Assembly: GCA_023301465.1 (NCBI GenBank)
Contig: JALZUQ010000030.1
Coordinates: forward strand, 16,903 to 80,902
Direction of reading: 5' to 3'
DNA: 64,000 nucleotides
From: Oligoflexales bacterium
GTDB taxonomy: Bacteria > Bdellovibrionota_B > Oligoflexia > Oligoflexales > JALZUQ01
Shown one piece after another: positions 58,353 through 64,000 of this stretch; the first letter of the stretch is position 1, and the number at the start of each line of letters is the position of its first letter. The notes under the pieces were generated by a model that saw nothing but the letters and a program-made list of their open reading frames with translations, was not told the DNA's origin and did no database searches. Position numbers and translations under genes: made by a program.

Positions 58353-59060
58353 ATGCTAGAAATTAACCTTGGAAGCCAAAGCAGGACATATAGTCCAGCT
58401 CCATTATATCAGACTGACTTTGCTCCTGACCTCGTGATAGAGGTTACCAGTATCTGTGACCGAGCATGCCATGGGTGTTATGCAAACAATATCCTTGCAA
58501 AAGGTGACAAAGCAACTGTTGCAAAAAAATTTCCGCAACTATTTCTCAAGTTATCAGACTTAACCTCAAATCTTCATGCCTTAGAAACTTCTCCCGCCTC
58601 TCTATCATTTCGCGGGGGAGAGCCAACGAGACACCCTGAACTCCACCGAATACTTGAAATTGCATCGAGCAGTACACCTTCGAAAAAAAACTACTTAGAG
58701 ACCCACGGTCGTTGGCTATTTAATGATGATAACAAAGACCTCTTAGATGCTATTGCCAAAACGGGCACCATTGTCAAAATATCCCATGACTCAATGCACG
58801 AACTTTCGACAGAAGACCTAAAAAAAATAACCGACTTATTAATATCAAAAGACATTGAATTCCTCATTGCCATTACTGAGAACAGCTATAATGAGTTTTT
58901 AAAATGTAGAAATGATATTGCATTTGTTCAAAATGAAAAAATCGTCTTTCAACAAAAGGCACAGTTTGACCACGAGCTTTTAAAACCAAAAATTGGTGTT
59001 ATTTCTTGTGATGGAACTTTAAAGAAAACACTCAACTCAAAGATAGGCTTTAAAAAATAA
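58353..59060 (+). CDS. small radical SAM domain protein
   Basis: CDRACHGC (CxxxCxxC) cluster motif and FRGGEPT SAM-binding motif. Confidence 0.6.
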   Translation: MLEINLGSQSRTYSPAPLYQTDFAPDLVIEVTSICDRACHGCYANNILAKGDKATVAKKFPQLFLKLSDLTSNLHALETSPASLSFRGGEPTRHPELHRILEIASSSTPSKKNYLETHGRWLFNDDNKDLLDAIAKTGTIVKISHDSMHELSTEDLKKITDLLISKDIEFLIAITENSYNEFLKCRNDIAFVQNEKIVFQQKAQFDHELLKPKIGVISCDGTLKKTLNSKIGFKK

Positions 59061-59061
59061 T

Positions 59062-60201
59062 ATGAACAAAATTGCTATCATCATATTCTTTATTCTTAGT
59101 CATCATGCACTTGGCAAAAAAATCCGAGTTGGCATTGCATCGAATTTTTCAAAAATAAGTTCCAGTGCCTCAAATCCTTACGGCAACTACTTTAGAGACG
59201 CTATCTACCTTGCTCTTTCACAAAAAAAGAAAAACTTGAAAAAAAAGAACATTGAAATTGAATTAGTTGAATTTGATTACGGAGACTCTAAACTTGCTGT
59301 ACTTAAATCTGCAAATAATGCATGTGCCTCAGATGTATCGGTTGTGATTGGTTATGGTTTTTCAAGCCATGCATTACTTGCTGCCCCCATTCATGAAAAA
59401 TGCAAACTTAGCATGATCACTCCTACAGCAACTGCAGACAGTCTCAGCAAATTTGAAAAATACGTCCATAGAGGCTCTTTTGATAACGCTTACCAAGGTG
59501 AGACATTGGCAAAGCTTGTAAAAAGCTGGAACAAAAAAAGCAAAGCTATTATTATAAGCATTGCTGACTGTGCTTACTGCCAAGACTTAGCAAAAGCCTT
59601 CGAAACGCAATACTCTAAACTAGGCGGTGAAACTTTAAAACATTACAGGACTTTGGATAACGAAAAAGACATTCAAAAATTAGTTTCAAAACTAGAAAAA
59701 AACTCCTTTGATGTCGTTGTTGTACCAAATCACGAGTTGGTTTCTGCAAGTATATTAGAAGCTGTATCTAGAGAACACCCGAACGCTGTGTTTTTAGGGG
59801 GCGATGGATGGGGAGATATCGGACAACAAATTAAATCTGTTGTTAAAGAACGCCATATAAAGCGGTACTGGGTCACCCATTGGCTTAAAGCTATCAATAC
59901 AAAAAAAATAAATGGTTTTATTAAAGCATATCAAAAAATGTTTATGAAATCACCAAACGAAACATCAGCACTGACATACGACAGTATGAATATCCTCATA
60001 AACGCAATCATGAACTCTAAAAACCACTCCAGAAAATCCATAGAAAACTCATTAAAAAAAATAAAGTTTCACAATGGAGTTACCGGCGACTTCATATTCA
60101 GAAGCAAAAGAGCACCCAAGAAAAGCATAGTTTTGTTAGAAAACCACTTAGGAACTAATAGATTAGTCAAGATCATCAACCCAACAAAAAGCATACCATG
60201 A
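59062..60201 (+). CDS. periplasmic ligand-binding protein (LivK/Peripla_BP_6-like)
   Basis: Signal peptide. Type I periplasmic binding protein (PBP)-like pattern (VIGYGFSSHALLAAP, GGDGWG). Confidence 0.65.
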   Translation: MNKIAIIIFFILSHHALGKKIRVGIASNFSKISSSASNPYGNYFRDAIYLALSQKKKNLKKKNIEIELVEFDYGDSKLAVLKSANNACASDVSVVIGYGFSSHALLAAPIHEKCKLSMITPTATADSLSKFEKYVHRGSFDNAYQGETLAKLVKSWNKKSKAIIISIADCAYCQDLAKAFETQYSKLGGETLKHYRTLDNEKDIQKLVSKLEKNSFDVVVVPNHELVSASILEAVSREHPNAVFLGGDGWGDIGQQIKSVVKERHIKRYWVTHWLKAINTKKINGFIKAYQKMFMKSPNETSALTYDSMNILINAIMNSKNHSRKSIENSLKKIKFHNGVTGDFIFRSKRAPKKSIVLLENHLGTNRLVKIINPTKSIP

Positions 60202-61574
60202 GCAAATCGCTGAGAGAAAAAATCAATAAAATTACTGTTCAATCTACAGTAGCAATTATTTCTCTCACCATTATTATTGTTTGTGCTTACTGGTTTATGA
60301 TTAAAGAAGCCTCATTGAAAGAAGTGAGCAATATCCTGCTACAGAACTCTGAAACACAAAAAACTAATTTGATACCATCCATCATTCTAGAAGAACAAAA
60401 AATTGGCATTAACTTACTTCTCAATAAAATCAAACAAGTAGAAAACCTGTCTTCCATAAAATTGATCAAAAAGGACCAAAGCACCATTCAATCAGAGTGT
60501 TTCTTGAGAGAAAAAGGTTATTATGAATGCCCTAACTCCCCCAGCACACTAAAACTTGCCATACCTATTAACTACGGTAACGCTGAATTTGGTTTTTTGG
60601 TAAAAGAAAAAGAAATTGAATCTATTGTATCTGGAAACCGAGTTATTATCGTTTCATTATTTGCGATTGCATTATTCTTAATTTTCTCCATGACATTATT
60701 AAAATCTTTTAAAAGACTTACTGCCACAGAAATCCCAAACTCCCTTGATCAGCTTGTCTGTTTTGTGGATGGTTGGTTAAAAGGCAATGACATAAACATA
60801 GAAGGCAACATTCAATTCTCTGAGTTTCAAGAGCTCGCAGCCACGATTAAAGAAGTTTTTAAAATATACGAAACAAAGCGAAACCAAGCAATTGTCGGTC
60901 AAATTTCAAGTGGAATACTCCATGATATTAGAACGGATTTACAATCAATATTAGCAGCACATTGCTTAATTAGCGAAGCTACAGCAGAAGGTAAAGACCA
61001 TAAAATAGAGAAACTAAACAAAAACCTTTTTAACGTACTCGAAAGAAAACTTCCGCACCTTGTCAGTGTTGTAGAAACCACCTTAGATGTGAATAGAGAG
61101 ATCTCTCTTGACCCTAAGTTTGAGTGCTTGAACAAAACTATTCATAGCTCTATTTCAAACCTTGAAAACTCTATCTCTAAGCTCGATGCTAAAATCAACA
61201 TTCATACTCCTAAAAACAGCATTAAGGCTTATCACGACCCTGTTCAAATCAAGAGAGTGATGCGAAACCTTATCAGAAACTCCTTACAAGCGATCACAGA
61301 GAACACTGACAAATTAATTCATATCTTCCTAGAAGAAACCAATTACAATATCAAAATTCGATTAGAAGACAATGGCAGTGGCATAACACTAAAAAAACAT
61401 GATTTATTTAAGGCTTTTAAGTCTGGAAAAGGTAAAGAAGGCACCGGGCTTGGCCTATTTAACTCCATGCAAATCATAAACGCACATGGCGGCTCTATCA
61501 AGTTTGTAAAACCTAGCATTTTAACCGGTGCATGCTGTGAAATAATGTTACCAAGAGGGGATTTTCATGAGTAA
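60198..61574 (+). CDS. sensor histidine kinase
   Basis: Two TM segments, H-box SSGILHDIRTDL, and an ATPase domain with DNGSGI and GTGLGL. Confidence 0.75.
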   Translation: MSKSLREKINKITVQSTVAIISLTIIIVCAYWFMIKEASLKEVSNILLQNSETQKTNLIPSIILEEQKIGINLLLNKIKQVENLSSIKLIKKDQSTIQSECFLREKGYYECPNSPSTLKLAIPINYGNAEFGFLVKEKEIESIVSGNRVIIVSLFAIALFLIFSMTLLKSFKRLTATEIPNSLDQLVCFVDGWLKGNDINIEGNIQFSEFQELAATIKEVFKIYETKRNQAIVGQISSGILHDIRTDLQSILAAHCLISEATAEGKDHKIEKLNKNLFNVLERKLPHLVSVVETTLDVNREISLDPKFECLNKTIHSSISNLENSISKLDAKINIHTPKNSIKAYHDPVQIKRVMRNLIRNSLQAITENTDKLIHIFLEETNYNIKIRLEDNGSGITLKKHDLFKAFKSGKGKEGTGLGLFNSMQIINAHGGSIKFVKPSILTGACCEIMLPRGDFHE

Positions 61575-62931
61575 ACTAAAGCCAAAAGTACTTGGAATAG
61601 ATGACGATGTCAGTTGGCTAGAACAGCTAAATCTTATCCTTGAAGATGATTGTATGGTCTGTGGAGCTGACACAATTGAAAAAGGCCTTAACATCATCAA
61701 TGATAATTTTTTTGATATTATTATCTTGGATCTAAATTTTAATGATGAAGAAAAATCTGGCTTAGACATCTTAAAAGTCATCCATGCCATGGATCAGGGT
61801 GTGGATGTCGTTGTTATCAGCGGTGAAACAGATTACCGAAAAATCATTAAGGTTATTGACTCAGGGGTCACTAAATTTATTCCAAAACCAGCAACACCTG
61901 AAAAGATCAGATCTGCGATACAAGAAATCATCACAAAACGTGAAAGTAAACGAAGAGCCTTAGCTCATATTGGAAACGACTCTCAAAACCCATTTATTGG
62001 AAGCTCACCGCTTATTTATAAGCTAAGAGAAGACATTCAAAGTATTATTGACTCAGGAACAAAAGATATCCTCATTCAAGGTGAGTCCGGAACAGGAAAA
62101 GAGCTTATAGCACAATGCATCGCCAACAGCTCAGATCGCTTTGGAAGAATGGTGTCAGTGCATTGCGGAGCTATATCTGACTCATTAGCAGAGTCTGAAC
62201 TCTTTGGTCATGAAAAAGGAGCTTTTACAGGAGCCAATACAAACCGCGTTGGCGTCTTTGAAGCCGCTAAAGGTGGGTTTGTATTTTTGGATGAAATTGG
62301 AGAAATGCCACTTTTGCAACAAGCCAAACTTTTGCGTGTCATACAAGAAAGAAAAATTAGGCCCGTTGGAAGCAGCATCGAAAAACAAATTAATTTTCGA
62401 AGCATATCAGCTACGAATAGAAATATTGAACAAGAAGTACAAAAAGGTAATTTTCGTGAAGACTTATTCTACCGAATCGCTAAAGAAACCATTTCTGTTC
62501 CACCGTTAAGAGAACGAAGAGAAGACATACCTGAATTAGTTTATTATTTTCTACAAAAAGAAGCTCAAGGTAAAAAAATAGATGTTTCTATGGACGCAAT
62601 GAGAATGCTACAAGCATATACATGGAAAGGCAATGTCAGGGAACTCATCTCTGTAGTCTATAAAATCACATCCAGACTCAAAGAAGGCACCATCAAAGAA
62701 AAGCATGTCTGCCAAGCCCTACCACAATTTGCAAATTCATTTTCGAAGTCTTATGTCCGCAAAAAAGTGAGAATCTTTAATACCGAATCAGCATTAGAAA
62801 AAAAACGTTTTGAAGAGGCTATTTTGCAAGCTGGGGGAAACAGGACAAAAGCAGCTGAGATACTAAATATATCTAGAGCAACTTTTTTTAGGAAAGCTAA
62901 ATCCCTTGGGCTTGTTAATTCTAGAGTTTAG
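61567..62931 (+). CDS. sigma54-dependent response regulator (NtrC family enhancer-binding protein)
   Basis: Receiver domain, GESGTGKE Walker A, GAFTGA sigma54-contact loop, C-terminal Fis-type HTH. Confidence 0.85.
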   Translation: MSKLKPKVLGIDDDVSWLEQLNLILEDDCMVCGADTIEKGLNIINDNFFDIIILDLNFNDEEKSGLDILKVIHAMDQGVDVVVISGETDYRKIIKVIDSGVTKFIPKPATPEKIRSAIQEIITKRESKRRALAHIGNDSQNPFIGSSPLIYKLREDIQSIIDSGTKDILIQGESGTGKELIAQCIANSSDRFGRMVSVHCGAISDSLAESELFGHEKGAFTGANTNRVGVFEAAKGGFVFLDEIGEMPLLQQAKLLRVIQERKIRPVGSSIEKQINFRSISATNRNIEQEVQKGNFREDLFYRIAKETISVPPLRERREDIPELVYYFLQKEAQGKKIDVSMDAMRMLQAYTWKGNVRELISVVYKITSRLKEGTIKEKHVCQALPQFANSFSKSYVRKKVRIFNTESALEKKRFEEAILQAGGNRTKAAEILNISRATFFRKAKSLGLVNSRV

Positions 62932-62964
62932 TATGCTTAAATCTTCAATAAAAAAGGAAGAATT

Positions 62965-63591
62965 GTGAATTTTAATTACCAAGCCTCATCACAAATTCAA
63001 GATTTATCCAGAAATCACTATCTACTACGTAAAGCAAGTAAAGAAGATATAAAAATCGTGACAAACCTGATCCGAGAATCTTATCAGCACTGGGTTGCTG
63101 TTGGGTTAAAGGTTAGGCCTGCATTTCAGACGGAAGAAACTACTGAGACTCACCTCTTGAATGGTGGGATGGTTCTTGAAAAAAAAGACCATGAAATCGT
63201 TGGTACATTTAGCTTTGACACTGCTAAAGTCACCCATCAAGATTCTTTCTTGATGGCAGATTATACCAATCCTTCTGAACATGTAGAATACGCCCCAAAA
63301 CTTGAGACCAACCAGCAATCTATAGACGGTAAATACCTTGTCTTTAAAAAGCTAGCTATCTCTCCTAGCCTACAAAAAGCTGGCCTAGGCAGAAAGCTTT
63401 ACGATTTTGCTGAGGAGTATGGGCGTACCAAGGCGTTTAAGGGAATGATGCTTGAAACTATCGTTGAAGCTGATTGGTTGTATCAGTGGTATATCAATAT
63501 GGGTTTTGAGGTGATTGGGGGTGTTACTTATGCTGGGTCTGAGATTGAGACTTTATTGTTACGAAAATTTTTTGATAGAAAGAATAACTAG
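62965..63591 (+). CDS. GNAT family N-acetyltransferase
   Basis: LAISPSLQKAGLGRKLYDFAEEYG motif A. GTG start with AAGGAAG SD. Confidence 0.6.
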   Translation: MNFNYQASSQIQDLSRNHYLLRKASKEDIKIVTNLIRESYQHWVAVGLKVRPAFQTEETTETHLLNGGMVLEKKDHEIVGTFSFDTAKVTHQDSFLMADYTNPSEHVEYAPKLETNQQSIDGKYLVFKKLAISPSLQKAGLGRKLYDFAEEYGRTKAFKGMMLETIVEADWLYQWYINMGFEVIGGVTYAGSEIETLLLRKFFDRKNN

Positions 63592-63607
63592 AGCTGCACA
63601 CCTTTGG

Positions 63608-64000
63608 TTAAAACAAAACCGGAAACCCAAGACTTGTTGCTTCCGGGTCTAAGTTCCATATGGACTGATCCCAGCTTGCATTATCTGCATCAAAAACATC
63701 AATAACACCATCGCTATTTGCATCGGTTATAAATTGTTCTGTACTGAGCCCCTCCCCAATAGGACTTTTAAACCCAACACCTGAAGTATCTAAACTCCAA
63801 AATGAATTTTGAACAGATCCGGAGCCAATGAATGGACCAGTGGATTGGCAAAGCCCTTGACATGAAACCAACCCTGCTGAATAACTATCACTAATTAAAG
63901 CATTTACTGCCTCCCCAACAAACCCACCTAAATAAGTATTTATTGTCTTAGGGTTTCTATTAGATACTGAAGCTAATGCATAACTATCTGTAATCGCAAC
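63608..64000 (-). CDS. partial CDS, C-terminal end of a large GLUG-motif surface protein (continues past the right edge)
   Basis: The frame is open to position 64000. Has GLUG-like YLGGFVGEAVNALISDSYSAG and a DANSDGVIDVFD Ca-loop-like segment. Confidence 0.5.
   Translation of the reverse strand, partial: VAITDSYALASVSNRNPKTINTYLGGFVGEAVNALISDSYSAGLVSCQGLCQSTGPFIGSGSVQNSFWSLDTSGVGFKSPIGEGLSTEQFITDANSDGVIDVFDADNASWDQSIWNLDPEATSLGFPVLF

Noticed and set aside
1-64000. Scan for tRNA, rRNA, tmRNA, transposase/integrase genes or prophage hallmarks
   Set aside because: I found no GTTCGAATC-type T-arm motifs outside coding context, no rRNA-like segments and no recombinase-like ORFs. The accessory-looking blocks are not bounded by recognisable mobile-element ends.

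Overview
AT-rich window (by eye mid-30s %GC, not computed), densely coding, with about 70 supportable CDS and one clear RNA gene, a type A RNase P RNA (rnpB). I found no rRNA, tRNA, CRISPR array, transposase or integrase. The housekeeping backbone includes lepB, hemH, feoAB, metG, murB, trmB, cobB, miaA, mutL and engB, plus a TatD hydrolase, a PfkB kinase, a beta-carbonic anhydrase and a TerC protein. Several blocks of exported or hypothetical proteins are interspersed. The gene content (Glt/Nfs-like TPR and outer-membrane barrel cluster, many secreted orphans, sigma54 enhancer-binding protein, type IV pilin-like gene) suggests a Bdellovibrio-like predatory bacterium, which is inference only. 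The best candidate for a novel system is a tightly overlapping minus-strand operon at 18317-21985. It encodes an unannotated 41-aa ORF with a strong Shine-Dalgarno (SD) sequence and a GC-rich hairpin after it. This is followed by a spermidine-synthase-like SAM enzyme, two paralogous HxD...H oxygenase-like proteins and an MFS transporter. The operon sits immediately upstream of a Fur-box-controlled feoAB, so it could make a RiPP-like product or a metallophore-like small molecule. Other leads: a five-gene secreted-protein operon (50473-54635) with a sigma54-like -24/-12 element and upstream GAGTCTCACC tandem repeats; a TGAGAC/GTCTCA palindrome family recurring in three nearby intergenic regions; a duplicated modular lipoprotein whose second copy is broken at an A6-T-A9-T-A11 tract; and a radical-SAM/binding-protein/histidine-kinase/sigma54-activator operon. 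There is also an orphan promoter-plus-terminator unit with a C-rich anti-SD loop (candidate sRNA), a pilin with dockerin/EF-hand-like loops, and several SD-preceded small ORFs below the 60-aa track cutoff. All family assignments come from motif recognition by eye; no searches were run.
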